Below are positions 24,841 through 33,600 of a stretch of 55,601 nt of DNA, one piece after another. Within the stretch, counting starts at the first letter, position 1; the number at the start of each line of letters is the position of its first letter. The translations under genes were made by a program, and so were the position numbers. Under the pieces are notes generated by a model. The model had not been told where the DNA came from, ran no database searches, and saw only the letters and a list, made by a program, of their open reading frames with translations. Source of the DNA: Polyangiales bacterium (lineage in GTDB: Bacteria > Myxococcota_A > Polyangia > Polyangiales > JAFGIB01); assembly GCA_035687405.1 (NCBI GenBank), contig DASRXR010000480.1:1-55601 (forward strand), given 5' to 3'.

Positions 24841-25770
24841 TCAGCCCGGGCCGGGGCCGCCATCCGGATTGTCGTCGTCACCCGGGGGTGGCGGCGGCGG
24901 AGGCGGGGTCGTCGGCGGGGGTGGTGGAGTCGTGGGCGGTTCGTCCGGGTCCCCCGCACACGCGGCGAGGCCAGCGTCCGAGTCGTCGTCGAACGTCACG
25001 CGATACTTCTCGCCGCTATCGGCTCCGATCACACCGCGCTGGTCGTGATCGACGATCACGGCACACACGCCTTCGGTCGCATTGCCGTTTCCATCGACGA
25101 CCCGCACACCGAGCTTGTAGACGCGCCCGTCTTTCGGGCCTTGGCGTTCGGATCGAACACAGGCGTGGCGGCCGTCCGCACTTACGCCGATGTCCGGAGA
25201 GTGATGTCCATCGCCGATGTCGTCGATCGGCTCATCGCTGCTCGCCCAAATGAACTCGCCGCGCAGCGTGCCGTCGCACGCATCGACTGCCGTCACGCAA
25301 TCTTCGACCGCGATGTCGTGGAACTTGTGGTTCGGCGGCCACAGCGCGATCGTGTGAGTCTCGAGGACCGGGGGCGTGTCGTCGATGACCTCCAGCTGCG
25401 TCGTACACAGCGTCGCGCCGGCGCGATCGCTGACGCGAATCGTGCGGACGTTCGAACCCGCGGCGCGCGTCTCCGTGATTCGCAAATCGTCGGTGTCGCA
25501 CGTCGTGCCGCTCGGGCTCTGGACGCGGATCGGTGTCAAGTCGTCGGCGTCGTCGCACGTAATCGAGGCGGGCGCGCTGCACTCCCAGCCGCTGCCAGCT
25601 GCAGAGCCGGCGGCGCACTCTGCCACCAGCGGCAAGGCTTGAGCCGTTTGCGCGGCGGATGTCGGTGCTGGTGAGGGGCCACCGGTATGGCTCGAGTTAC
25701 AGCCCGCGCCAGCCAGCCACAATGCGATTCCCGCCCATTGCTGCCATTTCAAAGTCGAATTGCGGTCCAT
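24841..25770 (-). CDS. hypothetical lipoprotein with a polyproline C-terminal tail
   Basis: ORF 24841..26328, trimmed to the ATG at 25770 (MDRNSTLKWQQWAGIALWLAGAGC lipobox). The upstream part overlaps the next gene and is Arg-rich junk. It contains TPPVLETHTIALWPPNHKFHDIAVEDCVTAVDACDG. The tail is PPTTPPPPPTTPPPPPPPPGDDDNPDGGPGPG. Confidence 0.65.
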   Translation of the reverse strand: MDRNSTLKWQQWAGIALWLAGAGCNSSHTGGPSPAPTSAAQTAQALPLVAECAAGSAAGSGWECSAPASITCDDADDLTPIRVQSPSGTTCDTDDLRITETRAAGSNVRTIRVSDRAGATLCTTQLEVIDDTPPVLETHTIALWPPNHKFHDIAVEDCVTAVDACDGTLRGEFIWASSDEPIDDIGDGHHSPDIGVSADGRHACVRSERQGPKDGRVYKLGVRVVDGNGNATEGVCAVIVDHDQRGVIGADSGEKYRVTFDDDSDAGLAACAGDPDEPPTTPPPPPTTPPPPPPPPGDDDNPDGGPGPG

Positions 25771-25814
25771 GCACAGACGGTGGGTGGACCCGGCTGCGCG
25801 GTTGAAAGAAAGTT

Positions 25815-26948
25815 TCAAAAGCGTGCAGTGAGCTCCAAGCCTACACGTGCGCGAACCCGGCCGAGGTCGACCAGCTCGTCGTCGTTCACGTCGAGGTGTA
25901 GGTGACGCGCCAGCGCTTGCAGTTGCATGCCCGCGAGCAGACTCACGAAACGCGTGAGTGGAACCTCCGCGTCGAGGCCCAGTGACAGTGCCCACGACGT
26001 CGGAGCCGCGTTTCCAGGGGTATCGGCGCGCGTGGTTCCGTGCGCCTCCAAGCCGACGAGCTGTGGTCCAGCGCGTGCTCCGAGCCAAAGTGGTCCGCTC
26101 TGCATTTGAGCGTGCAGCGCGGCGCCGACGGTCCATTCCCAGAAGCGAGCCGAGTTGCCCGCGCGCTCGACCTCGATGCTCGGAAATGCATCGAATCCGA
26201 GCGCGACCGCCAATCGGAATTGACGAAGGTCGAGGACGGGCCCGGCGCCGAGGCCGAAGCCCCATCGGCCGAGTCCCAGGTCCGGTTGAGAGCCGAGCCG
26301 GATGCCGGCCGACGCGAACGCGGTCCATCCCGGCGCGGTCGGAGGCGGCTCGTCGGGCTGTTCGTTCGGAAGTGCCGCTGATGACTGCGCCGCTGATGGC
26401 TGCGCCGCCACCGGCAGCTGCTCCTCGGCGCCCGAGGGGCCCGCAGCTGTCGGCGGCCGCCCCTCGGTTTGCAGAAGCTGCCCTGCCTCGGCCCGGGCGG
26501 CTTGGCCGCGCAGCATCGCCGCCACGAGCTCGCGAATTTTGAGCGCAGTCGTCCGCTCGAGCTCAGGTCCGCGATCTCCGGGCACCCGTACGACCTCGAT
26601 CAGGGCTCGGCCTTGCCGGTCTCCGACGACGTAGGCGACGACCGGGCCCCCGCCCTCAGCCGGACCCCGGTCGACCCAGACGGCTGCGAGCGCCCCCTGG
26701 TCGCGGACGAGTTGGCTCGCCCGCTCGATCGCCTCCGCCGCGCTCGCCGCGGGTGCCACGATGTGACGTTCCGGCTGCGCGAGCCCGGAGAGCTGGATCT
26801 GGAGCGCGACAAGAAAGCCTTTGGGTGCGCCGCTTTGCTCGAGCACCAGGACCCGGGGCTGGGCGGCGTGGGCCAAAGGCGCCCAAACGCCCACAAGCGC
26901 ACACGCCACCAGCAGAAAGGCGTGGCTGAGCTGGCTACGCGACCGCAT
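25815..26948 (-). CDS. hypothetical exported protein, C-terminal half resembles an outer-membrane beta-barrel
   Basis: 377 aa. Signal MRSRSQLSHAFLLVACALVGVWAPLAHA|AQ. The C-terminal ~170 aa has an alternating hydrophobic pattern rich in G/L/A and ends ...RVGLELTARF. A terminal Phe is typical of OMPs. Confidence 0.6.
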   Translation of the reverse strand: MRSRSQLSHAFLLVACALVGVWAPLAHAAQPRVLVLEQSGAPKGFLVALQIQLSGLAQPERHIVAPAASAAEAIERASQLVRDQGALAAVWVDRGPAEGGGPVVAYVVGDRQGRALIEVVRVPGDRGPELERTTALKIRELVAAMLRGQAARAEAGQLLQTEGRPPTAAGPSGAEEQLPVAAQPSAAQSSAALPNEQPDEPPPTAPGWTAFASAGIRLGSQPDLGLGRWGFGLGAGPVLDLRQFRLAVALGFDAFPSIEVERAGNSARFWEWTVGAALHAQMQSGPLWLGARAGPQLVGLEAHGTTRADTPGNAAPTSWALSLGLDAEVPLTRFVSLLAGMQLQALARHLHLDVNDDELVDLGRVRARVGLELTARF

Positions 26949-26990
26949 TTTCTTTCAACCCGCGCACGCGAGCTTCCACAATTCAGAACG

Positions 26991-27605
26991 ATGGGTCGCG
27001 TCGTCAACCTGGCGCCCGAATTCTCGGCGCAGGAGCTCGACCAGATCGAGGCGTGTCGGAAGGGAGATCGCCGCGCACTGCAGGCTGTGTTTCTGGCTCA
27101 CGCGCCGTACTTGGAACGGCTGCTGGGTCGAGTCGCAGGATCGGCGCTCGAAGTGGAAGACTTGCTTCAAAGTACGTTCCTGGCTGCGATTCACGCTTTT
27201 CCGCGGTTCCGCGCTGAAGCTCAAGTACGCACGTGGCTCGCGCGCATCGCGATCCGCATCGCGCAGGAGCGACTGCGGAGCGCGTCTCATCGCCGGCGCG
27301 GGGAGCTCCCCGATCTCGAAGACAGCGTCGACCCGCGCACACTTTTCGACGTCTCGGAGTCGAGCGTGGATACGCGACGCCAGGTCCAGCGGCTCAACCA
27401 TCACCTCCAGGCGATCTCGCCGAAGAAACGCATCGCATTCGTGCTGCATGTGTTCGAAGGTCTTCCGATCGAAGAAGTGGCTGCGCTCACCGCAGCGAGC
27501 GTGACTGCGACGAAGTCACGGGTGTTCTGGGCGCGTCGCGAGCTGATCAAGCGCGCGCAACGCGACCCGATCCTACGCGACATCGCATCGGAGGCGGTGC
27601 CATGA
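26991..27605 (+). CDS. ECF sigma factor
   Basis: ORF 26469..27605, trimmed to the ATG at 26991 (204 aa). Region 2 is LLQSTFLAAIHAFPRFRAEAQVRTWLARIAIRIAQERLR. Region 4 is RIAFVLHVFEGLPIEEVAALTAASVTATKSRVFWARRELIK. Confidence 0.85.
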   Translation: MGRVVNLAPEFSAQELDQIEACRKGDRRALQAVFLAHAPYLERLLGRVAGSALEVEDLLQSTFLAAIHAFPRFRAEAQVRTWLARIAIRIAQERLRSASHRRRGELPDLEDSVDPRTLFDVSESSVDTRRQVQRLNHHLQAISPKKRIAFVLHVFEGLPIEEVAALTAASVTATKSRVFWARRELIKRAQRDPILRDIASEAVP

Positions 27606-28843
27606 TCCGTTTGCAATGTACGCGTATTGCAGCGCTGCTCCAGGCGCGAGCTGCCGGCTTGTCGCAGGCAAATGCGCTGGTTCTCGAGGAGCACTTGGCG
27701 CAATGCCGGGACTGCAGCGAGCAGGCGCAGTTGCTGGATGGCCTCCGGGCACTCAGTGACGCGGGCGCGGCGCCGCTTTCGAGCGGCGCTCGGCAGCGAG
27801 CGGTGTTGCAGGCATTCGCGGTGGCGGAGCGGCCGTCGCAGCCCACCGCTGCAGGCTCGAGTTGGCTGTTCCCGAGCGCGTTCGGCGCGCTGGCCGCTAC
27901 GGCGATTGTAGTCCTCTCGATTCTGCGCCAGCCCGATCTCTCGCTGCGCGCGGACTACCACCTGATCTCCGGCTCGCTCGAGCACTCCGTGCGCGCCGCT
28001 GAGAGCGGCGAGGTTGAAACTGCGATCGCGAGCCGGTCCGGTGGCGTCGTCGCGCTCGCACACGCCAGGGTAGAGTTTCGGTCGCAGACGCGCGCAGCTT
28101 GGTTCGGGGGTGCGCGCGTCTTGCGGCTCGAGAGTGGTAGCGTCGTGGCGGACGTCGACCCGGCGCAACATCAGGCGTTTCGGGTCGACACCGCGCGGTT
28201 TCGTGTGCTCGTGCTCGGCACGCGCTTCGAGGTATCGAGCGCGGCCGTGCGGGTGACGCGCGGTCGCGTGCGGGTGGAGCGTCCGGATGGAACCGAGCTC
28301 GCGGAGCTCGGGCCGGGTGATAGCTACGCGTGTCCGAGCGCGCCGTGCCAGCTGAGGAAAACTACGGTGGTCTCGGCCGAACCAATCGCAGCTTCCAGCG
28401 TCGTACCGGAGCCGCCGCCAGTTGCAATGCCCGAACGCAGCAACTCACCCGCCCGGGTGGAGCGCCAACTCGATCAAGCTCGCCTCGCCCTGGCCCAGCG
28501 CAACCTCGCTCGCGCGCGCGAGCTCGTCTCGAACGTGCTCGGCGAGGACCTGCAAGCGCGCCAGCGTGCAGAGGCGCTCTCACTTCGCGCGGAATCCGCG
28601 CTCGTCGCGGGGGATCTCTCGGAAGCTGCGGCGGCTTATCGCCTCGTCGCGCAGAAGTTCGCCAACCTTCCCGCCGGCGAGAACGCACTCTTCGCGAGCG
28701 CGCGTATCGACGCGGAACGCCTGTCGGGCACGCGCGCACAAGCCGGCCTCATGCGCTATCTTTTGCGCTATCCGAAGGGGCGATTCGTGAAGGAAGCTAC
28801 GACGCGTTTGCGCGAGCTACGAGAAGCCACTCCCGCGCCATGA
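27602..28843 (+). CDS. anti-sigma factor: zf-HC2, TM, FecR-like and TPR-like domains
   Basis: ATGA overlap with the sigma gene stop. 413 aa. EEHLAQCRDC gives the H-x3-C-x2-C motif. TM segment WLFPSAFGALAATAIVVLSIL. FecR-like FRVDTARFRVLVLGTRFEVSSAAVRVTRGRVRVERPDG. The tail is helical and TPR-like. Confidence 0.8.
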   Translation: MIRLQCTRIAALLQARAAGLSQANALVLEEHLAQCRDCSEQAQLLDGLRALSDAGAAPLSSGARQRAVLQAFAVAERPSQPTAAGSSWLFPSAFGALAATAIVVLSILRQPDLSLRADYHLISGSLEHSVRAAESGEVETAIASRSGGVVALAHARVEFRSQTRAAWFGGARVLRLESGSVVADVDPAQHQAFRVDTARFRVLVLGTRFEVSSAAVRVTRGRVRVERPDGTELAELGPGDSYACPSAPCQLRKTTVVSAEPIAASSVVPEPPPVAMPERSNSPARVERQLDQARLALAQRNLARARELVSNVLGEDLQARQRAEALSLRAESALVAGDLSEAAAAYRLVAQKFANLPAGENALFASARIDAERLSGTRAQAGLMRYLLRYPKGRFVKEATTRLRELREATPAP

Positions 28844-29727
28844 CTTCTAAGCGCATCGCGCTGTGGCTCGCCGCGGCGGGCACGTCCAGCTTTGCGTGGT
28901 ACTGCCTCGTCTCGTGCTTCGTCGTGTGCGGATGCTCGAATCGACATATCTCGCTCGCCCGCGATCGGGTGCGGGATGCCGGCAGCGGTCAGAGCGACGC
29001 TGCAGTCCCCGGAATCCGGGATGCAGCTGTGAGCGACGCCGCGATGGGCCGGGCCGACTCCTCGACTGCGCCGGGGCCCGATGCAGGCTCGGCTGCTCGA
29101 TGCGGCAACGGCCCGTGCGCTTGCGACGACGGTCTCGACAACGACGCGGACGGCCTCATCGATGGCCTCGACCCGGAATGCACTGGAGCGCTCGACCAAG
29201 ACGAAGCGACGTTCGCGACCGGCAGACTGAGCAAAGCGAAGAGCTGTCGCGACTGCTTTTGGGATGAAGATCAAGGTACGGGCATCGACGCCTGTCGCTA
29301 TCCGAGCGCGTGTCTGCGTGGCGAGAAGCCTAACGGGAACGGCAACTGCAGCAGCTGTCAGGTCGCGCAAGAGTGTCTGAACACTTGCGCCACGCGCACG
29401 CCAAACGGTTGCGACTGTTTCGGCTGCTGCGAGGTCGCGCGCGCCGACGGCGTGAGCGTGACGATCGAGCTCGGTGAACGCTGCTCGCTCGACAAGATCG
29501 ACGACACCGCCGCCTGCCCGCGCTGCACCCAGAGCTCCCAGTGTCGAAACGAATGTGGCCGCTGCGAGCTGTGCCCGGGCCGGACGCTGAAAGATCTGCC
29601 CGCCGACTGCCTCGCGCGCACTCCGCCGAACCAATGCGACGAAGGTCAACCCGTGTGTGAATTCTCCCCAGATTGCACCACAGACCAGTATTGCCAGCAG
29701 GGGTGCTGTTTCGTCTCGTTGCTCTGA
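28840..29727 (+). CDS. exported Cys-rich protein (about 30 Cys) with a DGLDNDADGLID metal-binding-like motif
   Basis: ATGA overlap with the anti-sigma stop. 295 aa. N-terminal TM/signal MTSKRIALWLAAAGTSSFAWYCLVSCFVVCGC. Then CGNGPCACDDGLDNDADGLIDGLDPEC and dense CxxC/CC motifs (CDCFGCCEV, CPRCTQSSQCRNECGRCELCPG, CQQGCCF). Confidence 0.7.
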   Translation: MTSKRIALWLAAAGTSSFAWYCLVSCFVVCGCSNRHISLARDRVRDAGSGQSDAAVPGIRDAAVSDAAMGRADSSTAPGPDAGSAARCGNGPCACDDGLDNDADGLIDGLDPECTGALDQDEATFATGRLSKAKSCRDCFWDEDQGTGIDACRYPSACLRGEKPNGNGNCSSCQVAQECLNTCATRTPNGCDCFGCCEVARADGVSVTIELGERCSLDKIDDTAACPRCTQSSQCRNECGRCELCPGRTLKDLPADCLARTPPNQCDEGQPVCEFSPDCTTDQYCQQGCCFVSLL

Positions 29728-29906
29728 GCGATCGCTCGGTGACATCTCGCGAATTCGGAATCCCGAGCCCTAGGCGAGGTTTGCGCGGCACCGTTGCGAT
29801 CAGCTACAGTTGTGGCCGGGGGCTTCGCAATTTTTGCGACCCCGCCTGGCATGGAATCCGTGTGTCGGGTGTTGATCGAGGACCCCTTTTGGAGGAGGCC
29901 ACCGTC

Positions 29907-30626
29907 ATGCAGCAACCTGCCTTTTACGACGCCGCGCCAGTCGTGGCCCACGCGACGCCGGACCAGCGCGCCGCGTTCATCACGCGAACGTACCTGCACC
30001 TGGTCGGTGCAATCCTGATGTTCGTCGCGCTCGAGACCTTCTGGTTCGTGACTCCGGTCGCGGCCGGCATGATCTCGTTCCTGCAGATGAGCAAGTACAT
30101 GTGGCTCATCGTGATGGCCGGCTTCGTCGGCACGAGCTACCTCGCCGATCGCTGGGCGCAAAACTCCACGTCGGTACCGCTCCAGTACGCAGGCCTCGGG
30201 CTTTACACCGTGCTGCAGTCGCTCTTGTTCCTGCCGCTGATCGCGATGGCGATCATGCTCGGCGCGCAAGGCGATGAGAACATCCTGTCCAAAGCGGCGA
30301 TGATCACGTCGATGCTGTTCATCTCGCTGACCGGCATCGTGTTCATCACGCGCAAAGACTTCTCGTTCCTGCGCGGCATCCTGATGTTCGGTGGTATCGC
30401 AGCGATGGGCTTCATCGTCGCGTCGATCGTGTTCGGCTTCACGCTGGGCATGTTCTTCAGCTACGCGATGGTCGCCTTCGCGTGCGGCTACATCCTCTAC
30501 GACACGTCGAACGTCATGTTGCGCTACCGCACGAGCCAGCACGTCGCAGCCGCGCTCGCGCTGTTCGCGTCGGTCATGCTGTTGTTCTGGTACGTGCTGC
30601 GGATCCTGATCGACCGCCGCCGCTAA
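29907..30626 (+). CDS. BAX inhibitor-1/YccA family membrane protein
   Basis: ORF 29673..30626, trimmed to the ATG at 29907 (239 aa). QRAAFITRTYLHLVGAILMF is followed by seven hydrophobic helices. The C-terminal tail is basic (LIDRRR). Confidence 0.85.
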   Translation: MQQPAFYDAAPVVAHATPDQRAAFITRTYLHLVGAILMFVALETFWFVTPVAAGMISFLQMSKYMWLIVMAGFVGTSYLADRWAQNSTSVPLQYAGLGLYTVLQSLLFLPLIAMAIMLGAQGDENILSKAAMITSMLFISLTGIVFITRKDFSFLRGILMFGGIAAMGFIVASIVFGFTLGMFFSYAMVAFACGYILYDTSNVMLRYRTSQHVAAALALFASVMLLFWYVLRILIDRRR

Positions 30627-30660
30627 TCCCAAGTGGATGCTGGCACAGCCGGCACCCGGT

Positions 30661-33600
30661 TCAGGCTGGTTCAGCGACAGGTTCACTCAGATCGGCGAGG
30701 GGCGTTTGCTCCTCGCCGATTAACATTCCGTCGCGAAGCGACAGCGAATTGCTCTGCAGCGCGGGGATGCGCGGACCCGGTAACACGATCCCGACCAGGT
30801 TGAGCGGATCGCAGCCCGACAAGCGCACCAGCTCTCCATCGTGGGGTTGCCGGCGAACCTGGCGCAGCAAATCGACCGCTTCGGGCAACGCGTATTGCTC
30901 GCCGACGAAGCCGTTCACGAACCGGCCGCCGCGCACCGTGCCGCGTGCCTCGAGCCGCCGCAGCGCCCACACGATGTCGCGCCAAGGCAGCGCCAGGGAC
31001 TCGCGCACGAGCAGGTCGCGAAACACGACGCCGTAGCGCGCGAGCAGCTGTTCTGCGACGGCTTCCGCCAGCTCCTCGCGGTCGGCGCCGCTGTGAGCGG
31101 CAGCGCCTTGCGGCAAGAGCGCCCAGCGGCCCTCGTTTGCGATCGCGCCGCGTGCGCCGCGCCGCAGGCCGCGCCGCCGATCGGGTACGTTCATGCTGCG
31201 CTGCGCTGCACGCGGAACGAGCAAGCTGCGAAGCGCTTGCCAGCCGTCGGCCGTGACCCAGCCGAGCGCGACCGTTTCCCACAACGCGTCGCGAACGCGC
31301 GGCTCGGGCAGTCCGGTGCACGCGGCAAGCTGCGAGAAGAACAACGCGCCGTGCTGCCGGAGTGCTTGAACGACGAGCCCGGCATCGCCCTCGGGAACTG
31401 GCAGCGACTCGAGATCCGGGTTCTGGACCGCATCGAGCGGCCCGCGCGCGGCTTCGAGCAGCCAGTTCAGATCCGAGCGGCTGACGAGCGACAGCGGCGT
31501 CGCGCGGTTGGGTAGGGCGCGCGCACCGGAGAGCCGTGGCGCGCGCACCTGCAAACGGCCCCAAGTCACTTGGCCAGACAGGCACAGCGCATCGAGCCAC
31601 TCCGGCCGATACGACTCGACGCGGCTCGCGAGAATGTCGCGCTCCCAACCCGCCACTGCGAGCTCGCAGCCCTGCAGCTGCTCGATCACCCCGAGCACGC
31701 CGCGCGTACCACTCAGCTGAGTCCCGGGCTGCACGTGCTGAAAGCGCAGCAAAAAGCGCATGAGGTCTTGTGCGGTGACGGGCTCGATCTCACGGCGGAG
31801 CCGCGCTTGCGTGTACGAGTGGATTCGGCCGAGCAAACGTCTCGCGCACCACTGCTCGACTCCGGCGACACCAGCTTCGAACGCTCCGCGAATCGAGAAC
31901 CCTTGGCTTTCGAGCTTCGCGAGTGCGGCGACGACGGCGTCCTCGCCGAGGCCGGTTGCAGCCGTGAGCTGCGAAACCGTCGTCGGCCCGAGCGTCTCGA
32001 GGTGACCGCGCACGACGAACGCAGCCGCGTCGTCGATCTCGAGATCGGGCGCGGCCCCTTCGAGCTGCAAGTCCGGCTCGAAGCTCGCGCTCGGAAACAG
32101 CGGGGCGATGTGTTCGCGACGCTCGACCGCACACCAAAAGCGCAACTCGCCGTGGTGAAGCGTCAGCACGCGGCGCTCTGCGGCCAAGTGATCGAACCAG
32201 GCTTGCCACGCTGCTTGCGGCTGCGCGACACCGAGCCAAAGCAGCCAGTCGTGGAGCTCGTCGCGATCGCGCGGCTGCGCTGCCGCTTCTGCGCGCACAC
32301 GTGCGATCGCAGAGGGATCGAGCGAGCCGAGCTCGCGTGCGACCACCGGCAGGCCACGGCGCAGCTGCACCGCGCGCGTGCGCCGCTCCTCGAGTGGGGC
32401 GTCATCCAAGAACGTGTATGGGCGGCTGCTCAGGATCTCGTGGGCGAGGAGTGATGGCTCGGTCGACTCGCGGAACTGCACTTCGACTTCGCCGCTCGCG
32501 ATCCGCGCGAGCAGCGCTTCGAGCGCGGTCACGTCCATCGCTTCGTTCAGACAGTCGTCGAGCGTCTGCCGCACCAGCACGTGATCTGGAATCTCGCGCG
32601 GGCCGGTCGCGTTGTCTTGGCAGGCCGCCAGCGCGGGAAACACGGCGACCATGACGTCGTCTGCTTCCATCCGCTGCAGAGGCGGAGGGTTCTTTTTGCC
32701 GCCGCGAAACCGCAACACGACGAGCGAGCGATTGAGGTTCCAACGCCATCGCGCGCCGAACATCGGCGTTACGATCACGGCGTTCGTCAGCGACTCGCGC
32801 ACCCGACTCCCGCGCAAGAACCCCAGCATGTCCGACATCGGAAAGCTGTGCTGGGGACCGAGCGACAGCACGATCGCGTCGTCGTTCGCCGCCGCTTGCA
32901 GTTCGAAATCGAACGAGGTGCAAAAGCGCTTTCGCAAGAGCAGCCCGAGCGCGCGATTGACCCGGCCCCCGAACGGCGCATGCACGACGAGCTGCATTCC
33001 GCCCGTGTCGTCGAAGAAGCGCTCGAACACGATCTTGTTCTGGCTCGGCAGCACGCCGAGCATGTCGCGCACGGCGCCGAGGTACGCGAGCAGCTCGCGC
33101 GCAGCGACGACATCGAAGCCGGTCTCGGCCATCGTCCACTGCAAGGCCGCTTCGAGACCTTCGGTTCCGAGCTTGGCATCGAGGGCCTCGCGCAGGTTCG
33201 AGACCGCCGCCGATAGCTCCAACGTGCGTGCCGGAGCTTCGCCGAGCCAGAACGGAACCGTCGGCGATGCACCCTTCGCATCGACGACGCGCACCGTACC
33301 CGCGCTCACGCGCATGATCCGCCACGACGTGCTGCCGAGTAGAAACACGTCGCCGGCCATGCTCTCGATCGCGAAGTCTTCGTTGACCGTGCCGACGAAA
33401 GTCTCGTCGGGCTCCGCGACCACGCGATAGTCGGCCATCTCCGGAATCGCGCCGCCCGAAGTGAGCGCCGATAGCCGCGCGCCACGCCGCGCGTGAAGCC
33501 GCGACTGCACGCGATCGTGCTGCACGTACGCCGCGCGCCGGCCGCGACCGGTTTGCACGCCTTCGGTGACGAGCTCGATGACGTCTTGAAATGCCTCCCA

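Noticed and set aside
24841-26328. N-terminally extended ORF-track models: 495 aa here, 901 aa at 52638..55343, 378 aa at 26469..27605, 536 aa at 27233..28843, 465 aa at 28330..29727, 451 aa at 42822..44177 and 655 aa at 18992..20959.
   Set aside because: The extensions overlap the neighbouring upstream gene and are Arg/Pro-rich. Internal starts give signal peptides or lipoboxes, or ATGA/GTGA coupling with the upstream stop. The features use the trimmed coordinates.
26949-26990. A search for an ECF-type autoregulatory promoter (GGAAC-N16/17-CGTC-like) or a clear sigma-70 promoter in the 42-nt divergent spacer.
   Set aside because: I found only weak matches: TCAACC-N16-CACAAT, ending 8 nt before the ATG. 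This is not convincing by eye, so no promoter feature is called.
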